IMG/VR virus record: IMGVR_UViG_3300009103_000014 | Span: 16,404-80,403 of that record | From: a virus | Lineage: Duplodnaviria; Caudoviricetes | Length of the DNA: 64,000 nt | Strand: one strand, 5' to 3' | Shown here: in pieces, positions 19,523 to 29,273 of the stretch | Position numbering within the stretch: the first letter of the stretch is position 1 | How the letters are laid out: every line of letters begins with the position of its first letter | Translations under genes and position numbers: made by a program | Notes under the pieces: generated by a model | Told to the model about the DNA's origin: nothing | The model's database searches: none | Seen by the model: only the letters and a program-made list of their open reading frames with translations

Positions 19523-20245
19523 TTATCCTCTGAATTCTCCACTACGTCCTGCTTTTTTTCTTCGTGGTCCTTTTGTGTGATCGTATATTTGTCCTAATAT
19601 ACTTCTACATTGAACATGACCTTTTTGATCATCGCCAATGTTATGGTTTAAAGTTCCTTTTTCATTTTCAAATTTTAATCTTACTACGTCCCATATCCAA
19701 CTGTCGTGCCATTCTTGTTCATTATAAAGCAAATCTGAATCGTACATTTCTTTCATTGCTTCAGCAAATTGTTTAGTATGCGGATGTTTTAAATTAAAAT
19801 ATAGATAACCACACTCGCTATAATCTGGTCTCGGTCTACCTAAATAAGTTAACATACAATCATCGCGATGTATATGTTCCTTCATCCATTCTATATCAAT
19901 CGGATTATAAAATACACTATCGGCATCTATACATATTAATCCATCTGTACCTGCTTTAATTTGTTTTAATATTTCATGTATATAAACATATACTTTGTAA
20001 CAAAACCTAACAGCATCAAACTTAAAAGTATCATTTCTAAGATCTGGAACTTCCCTGTCTTTATTTCTTTCAACAAACTCTTTACATTGTGGTATAATAT
20101 CAAAAGTATTTTCATGCTCAACTTCGGGTATGCTATCTTCACTGTAAACAGTTAATTCAAACGGCCAATTATATGTTCTCATGAACCGATGAGCATACTC
20201 ATCATATAATCGTTTATTAAAAGTTGTTACACAATTTATTTTCAT
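19523..20245 (-). CDS. Nucleotide-diphospho-sugar transferase (GT-A)
   Basis: FDAVRFCYKV, IDAD (DxD), EWHDSW and DHTKG. Confidence 0.75.
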   Translation of the reverse strand: MKINCVTTFNKRLYDEYAHRFMRTYNWPFELTVYSEDSIPEVEHENTFDIIPQCKEFVERNKDREVPDLRNDTFKFDAVRFCYKVYVYIHEILKQIKAGTDGLICIDADSVFYNPIDIEWMKEHIHRDDCMLTYLGRPRPDYSECGYLYFNLKHPHTKQFAEAMKEMYDSDLLYNEQEWHDSWIWDVVRLKFENEKGTLNHNIGDDQKGHVQCRSILGQIYDHTKGPRRKKAGRSGEFRG

Positions 20246-20520
20246 TCTGCTATCTCGTCTACTATCATATTAAATGTTTCTTCGCCTAGTAAATGATAAA
20301 GTCCGACTACTAATAAAATAAACCATAATAACCAAAATACATAGTAACCTAGTTTTTTCCAACCTAAACCACAAACTTTATATACTGTTTCCATTGGCAA
20401 ATACTTTTCAAATAGTGTTGTTATATCCCATACATATCTAAATAGTAAGACATAACAAAACCATCTAACGTATTTGTTTGGTACTGTCTTTTCGTTTATA
20501 GTCTGATCGTATTTTTTCAT
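20242..20520 (-). CDS. Small membrane protein
   Basis: 92 aa with aromatic/hydrophobic segments; coupled ORF. Confidence 0.6.
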   Translation of the reverse strand: MKKYDQTINEKTVPNKYVRWFCYVLLFRYVWDITTLFEKYLPMETVYKVCGLGWKKLGYYVFWLLWFILLVVGLYHLLGEETFNMIVDEIAE

Positions 20521-20990
20521 ACTTTGTACTCAAAATTTTGTGTTGTAGGATTAATATTAATTAATCTAGCACCATTTCTAATATGGTAATGTGTGGCCAT
20601 AGGTGTTAATGGTGATAAAGTCATTATGCTATCTACTTTATCTTTTGCTTTCATGTATCTTAAAAGCTCTTCCATAATCTTTTTCCCTGCTCCTTTTTTC
20701 AAAGACCATACTGTATATGCTACTGCTATTTTACCTTCATCTTTACTCATCAAATCTAGTTCTTTAACAGTAGTAGGTATATCATCTGTATAAGCAACAC
20801 AAATTACACCTTCTATCTCATCTTTATATTTTAAACCAAATATTTTTCTACCTTTTTCTTTTCGAAATTCATTACTTAATTCTGGTCTTACTGGATCATG
20901 TGCTGGGTCTATTTTATCTAACTCTACTAATTCTGACCGTGAAATCCAACTAAAAAAATCAAAATCATAATTACCTATTTTCATTATCAC
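20517..20990 (-). CDS. GNAT-like protein
   Basis: AYTVWSLKKGAGKKI (acetyl-CoA loop-like) and LSP....HYHIRNGA. Confidence 0.6.
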   Translation of the reverse strand: MIMKIGNYDFDFFSWISRSELVELDKIDPAHDPVRPELSNEFRKEKGRKIFGLKYKDEIEGVICVAYTDDIPTTVKELDLMSKDEGKIAVAYTVWSLKKGAGKKIMEELLRYMKAKDKVDSIMTLSPLTPMATHYHIRNGARLININPTTQNFEYKV

Positions 20991-21193
20991 CCTTCATCTT
21001 TCCTACTTCCTATATCTGTAATATTGCCACCATCATCGTCAACCCTTTTTTGTTGACTACTATGTAGCTGGGCGACAATTATTGTACATACAGCTAACAT
21101 AGGTATAACGTAAATCATTTTATCGGTTAGATATGCCATAAGATATGTTGGTACTAGTATTATTAGAATAGCATATACAGTCTTTTTAATCAT
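20987..21193 (-). CDS. Small two-TM membrane protein
   Basis: 68 aa with two hydrophobic stretches. Confidence 0.6.
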   Translation of the reverse strand: MIKKTVYAILIILVPTYLMAYLTDKMIYVIPMLAVCTIIVAQLHSSQQKRVDDDGGNITDIGSRKDEG

Positions 21194-21202
21194 ATTTAAT
21201 TC

Positions 21203-22195
21203 CTATTTCAAACCATTTAATGTTTCTTGAACTACTCTCCATGTTTTAGGTTTTGTCCAATCTAATTTCTTTGTATCTCTAATAAGTTTCTTACAAGTAC
21301 CACTTTCAAATAATGACTCGTCTGTTGTTTCAAACATCTTATTAAATTTATTACTAATCTGAAGCATTGATGCTATACCTTCTATAAAATTTTTAGTATG
21401 TATATCATCATCTGGGGTTCTATGATATTCAATATGTAATAAAAAATACCACTTCAACATTGTACTATTAAGTACACCTAACATGGGCCTTTTATATGAT
21501 TCGACGTACTTATTCTTTTTTTCATACCCTTGCCATTTTGCTAAAATAGTATTTCCTTCTGGCATACAAAAAGCATTTCCGCCATAGTCAACCCAACGTG
21601 TTTTGCCCGATTCATAATGTTTCATATAATTTAAACCACTTTTAAACTTTGAATCTTTTAAATCGGCTATTCCGACAAAACCATAATCCCATATTGCCAT
21701 ATTGTGCTCTAGCAATTTAGAATTTAATCTAGCAATTTCAATAAGTGCTTTAATCCATTCTTCTTTACGATTTATAGGATCATACTTAATGTATGGTTCA
21801 TTACATGGATATCCTATTACTTCATAAACTTTACCTGCTGTTGATATTTGTTCAGGAAATCTAATAAGATCATTAAACTCTTTATCTAAATTTACTTTTT
21901 CATAAATTCTTTGTACTGATTCTGTCCTATGATAAAAAGCTCGACCATAATGCGATTGTACTTTTATTGCCCATTTACTTTTATCATCACTACGTTCACA
22001 AAAATAAGTACTACCATCCTTACCCCTGCCTAGTTGTTCTTTAACAAGATATATAATTTTTCCACCGGCATGAATTTCTGTTAAAATATCTGATTCTAAT
22101 GTGTCTGGATTATAAGCATATCCAAATACATTATTCTTAGAAAATACAAGATTATTTTTTTTCGTCATAATACCCACTCCTGTATCAAATTCCAA
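21203..22195 (-). CDS. Protein-kinase-like fold protein
   Basis: LGRGKDGSTY Gly-loop, WAIK lysine, IWD...NYM and VDYG. Confidence 0.6.
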   Translation of the reverse strand: MEFDTGVGIMTKKNNLVFSKNNVFGYAYNPDTLESDILTEIHAGGKIIYLVKEQLGRGKDGSTYFCERSDDKSKWAIKVQSHYGRAFYHRTESVQRIYEKVNLDKEFNDLIRFPEQISTAGKVYEVIGYPCNEPYIKYDPINRKEEWIKALIEIARLNSKLLEHNMAIWDYGFVGIADLKDSKFKSGLNYMKHYESGKTRWVDYGGNAFCMPEGNTILAKWQGYEKKNKYVESYKRPMLGVLNSTMLKWYFLLHIEYHRTPDDDIHTKNFIEGIASMLQISNKFNKMFETTDESLFESGTCKKLIRDTKKLDWTKPKTWRVVQETLNGLK

Positions 22196-23043
22196 GCTGT
22201 GCCATTCTCCATTTCACTCAAATGAAACTGGTGATATGCTAAAGCATTAAACCATCTTTGACGATCTGGTTCTTGTGATAATCTTTTAGTGTTATTAATA
22301 TCACTTAAATCAAAACTTATTGGCCAACTAGGTGCTTGATCAGTACTAAACACTGGCACACCTTCTGATATTGCTTTAACTACAGCACCACTATTATAAG
22401 CTATTACACAATAAGCATCTTGAATATCTTCTTCAAAGGATGTTTGTCTAACTAATGGTTTCATTTCGTTTTTCTTTTGTTCTATTAGTTCATGCTGTAA
22501 CGGAAACCCAAAAGAATCACAAAACGTTACTGGAGGTTTATATCTAACAATTACTTGCCTATCAGTATGAGTTTGTAACCAATTTACTGTATCATTCAAC
22601 CAGTTATCAGCACCTAAATACCATGCCGTTGGTTGGGTAGGCGGGAGAACTAATATATGTCCTGTTGATTTAACCCGCCAAGGTTTAATGTTTACTGATG
22701 ATTTAAAATAATGATCGAACCGATCTTGAGGGAATACTTTGTTTAATTGTTTAAGATTAATGCCATTTTTACTAACACGATACCACGGGTCCTTATGTTT
22801 ATGGTGCCCTGCTAAAAAGTAAGCATGGTCAATATGTAAATAATTTATATTATTTGCTATTGCTTTTTTATATACTTCTGCTGTTCCTCTTAAAATTCCA
22901 AAGCTAGTAAGATACGTTGTATTAGATGGTATTCCTTCTTGTTCTAATACGGATATGTCTTTAAATTCGCCACCAGATCCTGTTGTAAATACCCGGACAA
23001 CCTTTGTTGTTGTTTTTCGTCTGGTGCTATAGCCGTATAACAT
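22165..23043 (-). CDS. Capsule polysaccharide synthesis (KpsS/KpsC)-like GT-B protein
   Basis: HIDHAYF, ILVLPP, VIVRYKP, VIAYNSGAVVKAISEGVPVF and LAYHQF.LSEM. Confidence 0.7.
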   Translation of the reverse strand: MLYGYSTRRKTTTKVVRVFTTGSGGEFKDISVLEQEGIPSNTTYLTSFGILRGTAEVYKKAIANNINYLHIDHAYFLAGHHKHKDPWYRVSKNGINLKQLNKVFPQDRFDHYFKSSVNIKPWRVKSTGHILVLPPTQPTAWYLGADNWLNDTVNWLQTHTDRQVIVRYKPPVTFCDSFGFPLQHELIEQKKNEMKPLVRQTSFEEDIQDAYCVIAYNSGAVVKAISEGVPVFSTDQAPSWPISFDLSDINNTKRLSQEPDRQRWFNALAYHQFHLSEMENGTAWNLIQEWVL

Positions 23044-23078
23044 TGAATTTCCTATCCATTAATTGAGTTGCTCAGTGA

Positions 23079-23093
23079 TATTTATTGTAAATA
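23079..23093. promoter_or_regulatory. Back-to-back divergent late promoter cores
   Basis: TATTTA (23079-84, minus-strand TAAATA) and TAAATA (23088-93), 3 nt apart. Confidence 0.6.
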
Positions 23094-23098
23094 GTTTT

Positions 23099-23983
23099 AT
23101 GAAAGTATCTTTCTTCACTAAAAATTCAAGTAAAGCAGGCATACCAGTTTTTAAATCAATGATGAAAGCTGTAGCTGAAACTGATACCGTTTTAGAAAAT
23201 AGTATTGACGCCGATGTGGCTGTTATTTGGAGTTTATTATGGCATGGCAAAATGGCCGCAAATAAACTTATATGGAAAGAATTTAAAAAACAAGGAAAAC
23301 CTATAGTAGTTTTAGAAGTTGGCGGTATTAATCGTAACACTACATGGAAAGTTGGTATAGATGGCATTAACGGTCGTGCTAATTTTTGTAATAAAGAAAA
23401 TTTAGATGTTAATAGACCTAAAAAATTAGGTATAGAACTAAAGCCTTGGAAAACTAATGGAGAGAATATTATTATATGTGGGCAACATCAAAAAAGCGAA
23501 CAATGGATAAATTTGCCTCATATTGATCAATACTATGAAAATAGAATTTTAGAAATTAGAAATCACACAGATGCTCCAATATTTTTAAGAGAACACCCTA
23601 GACATCTACGTGGAATTCACTATATGAATGAAATTGATTTACAATTAAAATATGCTGTAAAATATATGGCAACTAATCATATAGAAGGAACATACGATAA
23701 TTATGATTTTAATACAGCACTAGAAAATGCCAAATTGGTTGTTAGTGAAAGTAGCAACCCTGGAATGGAAGCCACTATTAACGGTGTGCCAGCATGGACT
23801 GGTCCTGAAAGTTTAACATATCCTGTTAGTGTTCATCCAAAAGATTTAGATAAAGAATACCCCGATAGAGAACAATGGCTAATAGAACTAGCACATACAG
23901 AATGGACAGTTGAAGAAATTGAGAGTGGAATACCTTGGGCTAGATTGTTGAATAGTCTATCAACGTACCATCAATCCAACTAA
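23099..23983 (+). CDS. KpsS/KpsC-like GT-B protein, paralog of the divergent neighbour
   Basis: LEVGGI.R, LKPW, REHPR, VSESSNPGMEATINGVP and LAHTEWTVEEI; ATG 23099 lies 5 nt after TAAATA. Confidence 0.72.
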   Translation: MKVSFFTKNSSKAGIPVFKSMMKAVAETDTVLENSIDADVAVIWSLLWHGKMAANKLIWKEFKKQGKPIVVLEVGGINRNTTWKVGIDGINGRANFCNKENLDVNRPKKLGIELKPWKTNGENIIICGQHQKSEQWINLPHIDQYYENRILEIRNHTDAPIFLREHPRHLRGIHYMNEIDLQLKYAVKYMATNHIEGTYDNYDFNTALENAKLVVSESSNPGMEATINGVPAWTGPESLTYPVSVHPKDLDKEYPDREQWLIELAHTEWTVEEIESGIPWARLLNSLSTYHQSN

Positions 23984-24722
23984 GAAGTAAATTTTTATTT
24001 GAAAGATATCCAACTTTATTAAGCTGGTTTACCATAGAAGGAGGTAAGCGATCCATTTCCATTAAATCATAAGGTGTAACAGATCCAACTTCATATGTTT
24101 CATCAGTGTTTTTATAAACTATAGCATTAATTAAATTACTATTCTTTTCTTGTAAAAAATAAGCATCACGGCAATCATATCCTGCCAACGCTAACCCATA
24201 AATTAAATTTACTATATTAATATCAGAATGACAATCTGTATATACTCTATAATCAGGGTCACCATAAAACATATTATGAATTTTTGGAACTGTTATACAT
24301 AACAATCCGTCTTTTTCTTGTAGTGTATTAATATTACATAAAACATCATAAAAATTAGTAAATTTATGTAATACACAATGGGCCCAAACAACATCAAATA
24401 ATTTAGAACCCTTTCTCATAGATTGATAATATTCCCAAAAGTTTTTTTGAGTACGATTAAATGTTACTCGATCTAAAGATAAAACTTCTTGCTTCATTTC
24501 ATCCATTCTAGAACAAGCTGTTACATCAATTTCTAATGGCTTTGGATTCTTCTCATCGTCATCCATTCTAGTAGCCCACCACTCTGTGTCTAAACCTATA
24601 CCAGATTCAACATCTAATACTGAAGAAATACTTGACATCATTTCTCCGTGCTGTTCTAGTGCTGATAAAAATTTGAGAGAGTGTAACCCTCTTGTTTGAT
24701 GGTTATTTAATAGTAGATCCAT
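23940..24722 (-). CDS. Class I SAM-dependent methyltransferase-like protein
   Basis: SVLDVESGIG (degenerate motif I), FDVVWAH and DGLLCITVP. Confidence 0.65.
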   Translation of the reverse strand: MDLLLNNHQTRGLHSLKFLSALEQHGEMMSSISSVLDVESGIGLDTEWWATRMDDDEKNPKPLEIDVTACSRMDEMKQEVLSLDRVTFNRTQKNFWEYYQSMRKGSKLFDVVWAHCVLHKFTNFYDVLCNINTLQEKDGLLCITVPKIHNMFYGDPDYRVYTDCHSDINIVNLIYGLALAGYDCRDAYFLQEKNSNLINAIVYKNTDETYEVGSVTPYDLMEMDRLPPSMVNQLNKVGYLSNKNLLLSWIDGTLIDYSTI

Positions 24723-25008
24723 GTTTTATACCTTCTATCATTGATTGATACTTGTAGTTATCATAATATTCACTAGCTTTCTTATATTTCGTTATTAACT
24801 TATCTAAGTTTTCATTAGTATTAACTTTATCATATTGAGTTAAATTTCTTTTCATATCATCCATTAAAATTTTTAATGTATTATGTCGAATAGAATGTTG
24901 CTGAAATTCTTTTTCATCGATAACTGATTTTTGCTGTGATATTGTATCAAACCACTCGTCTTTTTGCCATTCTGTTAAAAGGTTTTTTACTTTATTATAC
25001 GCTAACAT
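24703..25008 (-). CDS. Hypothetical protein
   Basis: 101-aa coupled ORF. Confidence 0.55.
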   Translation of the reverse strand: MLAYNKVKNLLTEWQKDEWFDTISQQKSVIDEKEFQQHSIRHNTLKILMDDMKRNLTQYDKVNTNENLDKLITKYKKASEYYDNYKYQSMIEGIKHGSTIK

Positions 25009-25465
25009 CTTCCATACCTGCCGTTCTGAGTCTAGTTATATGACCAATTTGAAAGTTCTTGGATTCAAGCCCTTTCATTATACCTAAATAACGGTTTCTC
25101 AATAAAGCTACTTCATTAATAAGTGTTTCAAAATCAATAACTTCATCTTCACCATCAACATACTTTTCAGCATCTCTTGTAGATAATGCCCTAGCATAGT
25201 TTTCTAGATATTTTTTAAAATAAGTTTGTCTAATTTTTCGAAGTCTAATATTAAGAAGATTTAGAACAGCCTCAATCTCTTGAAGCTGACTAAATCGGAC
25301 TTCTGTTTGTGCCGGAAGTTCCTTTAGGTTTTTTTCTACGTTGCCGTGAATGCCGGCATCATAACGAGCTTGTTTTAACTCTTCGTTATACCAATCAAGA
25401 AAATCTGGTATAGCGCCTAAATCATGTACTATCTTTCCGTACCAATTTTTACTAATAATTGTCAT
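24995..25465 (-). CDS. uvsY: Recombination mediator UvsY-like
   Basis: Helical protein with KKYLENY.RAL..RDAEKYVDGE and K.FQI..IT.LR.AG; downstream of uvsX. Confidence 0.75.
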   Translation of the reverse strand: MTIISKNWYGKIVHDLGAIPDFLDWYNEELKQARYDAGIHGNVEKNLKELPAQTEVRFSQLQEIEAVLNLLNIRLRKIRQTYFKKYLENYARALSTRDAEKYVDGEDEVIDFETLINEVALLRNRYLGIMKGLESKNFQIGHITRLRTAGMEDVSV

Positions 25466-25703
25466 TGTCCTCAGTTTCTAAATCTTCTTCTTCGTCATAC
25501 AAAGGTTCTTCCATAGCATTTGTACAATGTTCTTCCATTATTTCATCTGTATCAGCCAAAGCATTAAGTACTTCATTTTCTACACCATTGTCTTGTAATA
25601 CTCGTACCCAATGTTCTCCTGCTTTATCTTTATCCTTCTCAGGAATATATTCTTGTAAAGTTCTCCAGGTCTCGACTATAATATCTACTACATCTTCGCT
25701 CAT
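25452..25703 (-). CDS. Small acidic hypothetical protein
   Basis: 83 aa between uvsX and uvsY. Confidence 0.7.
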   Translation of the reverse strand: MSEDVVDIIVETWRTLQEYIPEKDKDKAGEHWVRVLQDNGVENEVLNALADTDEIMEEHCTNAMEEPLYDEEEDLETEDNDNY

Positions 25704-25708
25704 TTAAA

Positions 25709-26791
25709 CTACTCCGTGGTTGTTATTTCTTCTTCTGATTCTTCAGTACTTATATTATCATTTGTACTTTTTAGATCAGCAGAAACTATATCATCCATAA
25801 CTATCTGTAGTTTTTCACCTGTCCAGCCTTTACGAAATTCTTTAATTTCCTGCCCATTTGCTGTAATATACTTTAACTTGTTTCCTTCTTTTACAACATA
25901 ATTATTCTTTTCAAACATTTCAAGTAAACCACTATAAGGGTCCATTCCTCTATCATAAGGAATTTTTACTTGTACTCCTTCAAACGGTTTAGAGTAACGT
26001 GTTTTCATTACTTTACAACCTGCTCTAATACCTCTAACATCACTTATCTTGTTACCTGCTTCGTCTTCTTTTAGTTTCAATTTTTTCATTGCTATTACAA
26101 TTGAACTAGCATATATAAACCCTTGACCACCGGATATTTTATCATCTGGATCAAACATATCCTGCGAAGCATAAGTGTGGTTTGTACATACCATGCCAAC
26201 ATTGTAAGCACCGATCATATTAACTGTATTACGAACAAGAGCTGTTAAGGCTTTAGGTTTACGACCCATATCACCTTTCATATCACCCTTGTCAAATTGA
26301 TCTACGTCAGTTGGTGTTAATAACATACCTAAACTGTCAATTACAAACAATACTTTAGTTTCAGCCCTTTCTTCCGGCTCCATTGTTTTATAATCTTTCA
26401 TAAACGTTGAAATTGTTTTAGCTACATCATCAACCATACTCATTGATAACTTTAATAACTTATCTTCATCTGTGCTAACGCCTAAAGCATGAAGCCAAGT
26501 TTCATCTAAAGCATTTTCTGAATCAATTAGTACTACAAAAATTCCTTGTTCTTGTGCGGCCTTTACAATATTACCTGCCGCGAAATAACTTTTACCTGAA
26601 CCTGATTCTCCAGCAAATACTGTAACTTTGCCTAATGGTACACCTTTATTAAAGTCGCCACTAACCAAGTAGTTTAAACAATAATTACCTGTTGAAATCC
26701 AATCTGTTGGATCATGAAACCCAATGTTTAATCCGTCTATGGATTTTGTTATATCTCTTCTAAATTTACTTACATCGAATGGTTTTGCCAT
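25709..26791 (-). CDS. uvsX: RecA-like recombinase UvsX
   Basis: GESGSGKS, IDSENA, VIDSLG, TNHTY, SGGQG and KTRY. Confidence 0.93.
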   Translation of the reverse strand: MAKPFDVSKFRRDITKSIDGLNIGFHDPTDWISTGNYCLNYLVSGDFNKGVPLGKVTVFAGESGSGKSYFAAGNIVKAAQEQGIFVVLIDSENALDETWLHALGVSTDEDKLLKLSMSMVDDVAKTISTFMKDYKTMEPEERAETKVLFVIDSLGMLLTPTDVDQFDKGDMKGDMGRKPKALTALVRNTVNMIGAYNVGMVCTNHTYASQDMFDPDDKISGGQGFIYASSIVIAMKKLKLKEDEAGNKISDVRGIRAGCKVMKTRYSKPFEGVQVKIPYDRGMDPYSGLLEMFEKNNYVVKEGNKLKYITANGQEIKEFRKGWTGEKLQIVMDDIVSADLKSTNDNISTEESEEEITTTE

Positions 26792-26811
26792 ATCTACCTT
26801 CCATATTGGTT

Positions 26812-26844
26812 AAAGAGTGTAGCAGACCTAAGTCTACTACACTC
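26812..26844 (-). terminator. Hairpin (weak terminator or stabiliser) between gp32 and uvsX
   Basis: GAGTGTAGTAGAC-TTAG-GTCTGCTACACTC followed by only TTT. Confidence 0.6.
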
Positions 26845-26858
26845 GTATCTTACTAAGA

Positions 26859-27884
26859 CTACTTCTGTTGTGAACGTTCCTTAATCATAGAGAGTATATC
26901 TTGAGCTCTCTTTGGACTAGTTGTTTCACTTGAAGCCTTTGGAGCAGAAGTCGATTCCGTCTGAATCGGTTCTGGTGCTACCTTTTCTGTACTTACTTCT
27001 TCAGTTGTAGCTTTGGCAACAGACTGTTCTGAGACAGTCGGAGCGGGAGACGGTGTTGCCTCTTTTTTTGAAGTATTAGTAGTACTTGGAGCACTTACCC
27101 CTGCCGGACGATAATAAGCACCAAATCTCTCAGTATCGTAAGGTTTGCCATCAACTGATTCTTCAAACATTTGTTTGATGATTTTTAATTCAGTTTCTGA
27201 CGGTTTCTTAGGTAAGAAATCGTTTAAATTAAACAATCCGTTAGTATCGATAGCTGTTTGCTCTTCAGCAGTCAACGGTGTTTCTTTACGTGACCAAGTT
27301 GAAGTTGAATAATCAGCATATCCACCTTTAGTTGTTTTTGTTACACGGAAATCTAAACCAGCTGTGTAATCAGTTGGTAATTCTTCCATTTCTGGGTCCA
27401 TTAAACTTGCTTTAATAATATTAAAGAGTTGTGGTCCCATTATAAAACGTCTAATTGGGTTTTCAGGTGTATTTTCCTCAGTCAACGGATTATCACGAAC
27501 AAAACCTTGGAAAACGTATGAACGTTTTTTCCAATATTTACGACCCATGTCTTCTAGTGAGCTGTCTTTAAACCAAGGACGAACCTCAGTTAAAATTGGA
27601 CATGAACCAATGGCTTCCCACATTTCCATACACGGTACTTGTACCGTTACCGGCTTACTGTCAACTTGACCTTTAATACCTTGAAAAGGTAATCGAATCA
27701 TTTGACGTTCTGCCCAGAAGAATGTGTTTCCTGAATTTCCGTCAGGAAGAAATCTTAATGTTGTTGTTTCGTTTTCTTGGATATTCCAGTGAGGGAAGAT
27801 AGCGTTGTCGCCACCTGTGCTACCGCCTGATTGGCGTGTTTCTTGAGCTTGTAGCCTCGCTCTAATTTCGGCTAATGATGCCAT
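26859..27884 (-). CDS. gp32: Single-stranded DNA-binding protein (T4 gp32-like)
   Basis: MASLAEIRARL, LRFLPD, CPI, YWKKRSY, G.DF..TKT.KGGYADYSTS.W; adjacent to uvsX. Confidence 0.88.
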   Translation of the reverse strand: MASLAEIRARLQAQETRQSGGSTGGDNAIFPHWNIQENETTTLRFLPDGNSGNTFFWAERQMIRLPFQGIKGQVDSKPVTVQVPCMEMWEAIGSCPILTEVRPWFKDSSLEDMGRKYWKKRSYVFQGFVRDNPLTEENTPENPIRRFIMGPQLFNIIKASLMDPEMEELPTDYTAGLDFRVTKTTKGGYADYSTSTWSRKETPLTAEEQTAIDTNGLFNLNDFLPKKPSETELKIIKQMFEESVDGKPYDTERFGAYYRPAGVSAPSTTNTSKKEATPSPAPTVSEQSVAKATTEEVSTEKVAPEPIQTESTSAPKASSETTSPKRAQDILSMIKERSQQK

Positions 27885-28052
27885 AATGTGTGCCTCCTAT
27901 GTGCCTATGTTTATTTTGCCTTGATAAAAACATAATCCCAATTATGCTTCTAACGTTATATTTATCATCTTTACCTTAAAGTTAAATAATAAATGGCCTG
28001 TTAATTTTTTATTAACAAGTATATTATTACATAAAACCGTGGTACTTGTCAA
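27885..28052 (-). promoter_or_regulatory. gp32 leader with early-type and late promoters, hairpins and AGGCA repeats
   Basis: TTGACA at 28047-52 with a weak -10; TAAATA at 27959-64; three AGGCA repeats before the ATG. Confidence 0.6.
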
Positions 28053-28059
28053 CCTTTTT

Positions 28060-28578
28060 TTAACTTTTTTTCCATTCGGCGTAGATCCGATTACTCGAAT
28101 CCCATTTACACTCAACTACTTCACATCCATATTTTTGAGCCCATTCGTAATTTAAATCAATTGTCCAAGGAAAAAACTTAACTACTTCAACACCTTTCCA
28201 AGGATGATCTCCAACTCCTGGGTTTTGTCTCCAATATATTCGACCGTTTTTCTTTAATAAACTAACTGCTTTTTCAACTTGTGGTTCAACATCTTCAATT
28301 GTTCCAAAATTTAAACTTCCTAATGCTAAAATAACGTCCCATTGTTTGTCTGTTTGGAATTCCATAATTCCAACAACTTCATCTGCTTCGTCATTTGCTG
28401 GATCAATACCATATAATTTATTACCCCAATGCTTTTTAAATAAATTATAACCACAGCCAATATCTAAAATTTCTTCGTCTGATTGAACTTTATCAAGTAA
28501 TGCCCAACCACTATACTTAAAATATGAGTAATCAGGTTTCCAACTTTTTCCAAAATAATCTAATAAGTCTTTTTTCAT
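28060..28578 (-). CDS. Class I SAM-dependent methyltransferase
   Basis: ILDIGCG, GIDP and WDVILALGSLNFG. Confidence 0.85.
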   Translation of the reverse strand: MKKDLLDYFGKSWKPDYSYFKYSGWALLDKVQSDEEILDIGCGYNLFKKHWGNKLYGIDPANDEADEVVGIMEFQTDKQWDVILALGSLNFGTIEDVEPQVEKAVSLLKKNGRIYWRQNPGVGDHPWKGVEVVKFFPWTIDLNYEWAQKYGCEVVECKWDSSNRIYAEWKKS

Positions 28579-29273
28579 ATATCTAAATACTCACGTAATT
28601 CATTGTCTATTTTTATATGTTTCTTATACAACTTACTATTTTCAGTTGTCCAGTCTTTACACATTTTAGAAAATATCTCATTATTTACAGGTACACCAAG
28701 TATAGAAGATAATTCATTACAAAATTTATCTTGTTTCAGCCTGTGATAAAAACCCATATACGGGAATTCAATATCAAATTTTATTTTTCTCGACTTCATT
28801 ACAAAATCCATAGGATTCGGTAACTCGTTATTTAAATACGGCTTTTGTTGTGGTGGATTGTGTTCCCACAAACTTGTAAATTCACAGTCTGGTGAATTAC
28901 TATTATTATTTTTTATAATTTGATTTAACCTAACAGATATTATTTCCCAATGTGTTTTTGTTGTGATTTTAATTTTAACTATTTTTGAAAATTGCCCTGA
29001 ATCTTTTTGACTTCTAGAGGCACGTTCTTCAGTAAATTTCCACGGTTGATGACACTCGTCTACAAAAATGTTAACTTTGTCTTTTTGGTAATCTTTTTTA
29101 TCAACATTAAAAAACCATCTATTACGATTCATTTTTTTTGGCTGATCATCGTGTAATTTAAATGTATAAGGAGAAACATTATCTTCTAAGGCTTTAGCTA
29201 TTGCGCCAGACAAATATTGTCCACCGCACCCCATATCATAAAATACTGTTAAACCTAACATACTGCCAACCAA
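28575..29273 (-). CDS. Hypothetical protein, distant member of the VY.PG.GG family
   Basis: LTVFYDMGCGGQYL...NRNRW resembles the N-termini of 830..1546 and 48631..49398. Confidence 0.6.
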   Translation of the reverse strand: MVGSMLGLTVFYDMGCGGQYLSGAIAKALEDNVSPYTFKLHDDQPKKMNRNRWFFNVDKKDYQKDKVNIFVDECHQPWKFTEERASRSQKDSGQFSKIVKIKITTKTHWEIISVRLNQIIKNNNSNSPDCEFTSLWEHNPPQQKPYLNNELPNPMDFVMKSRKIKFDIEFPYMGFYHRLKQDKFCNELSSILGVPVNNEIFSKMCKDWTTENSKLYKKHIKIDNELREYLDI

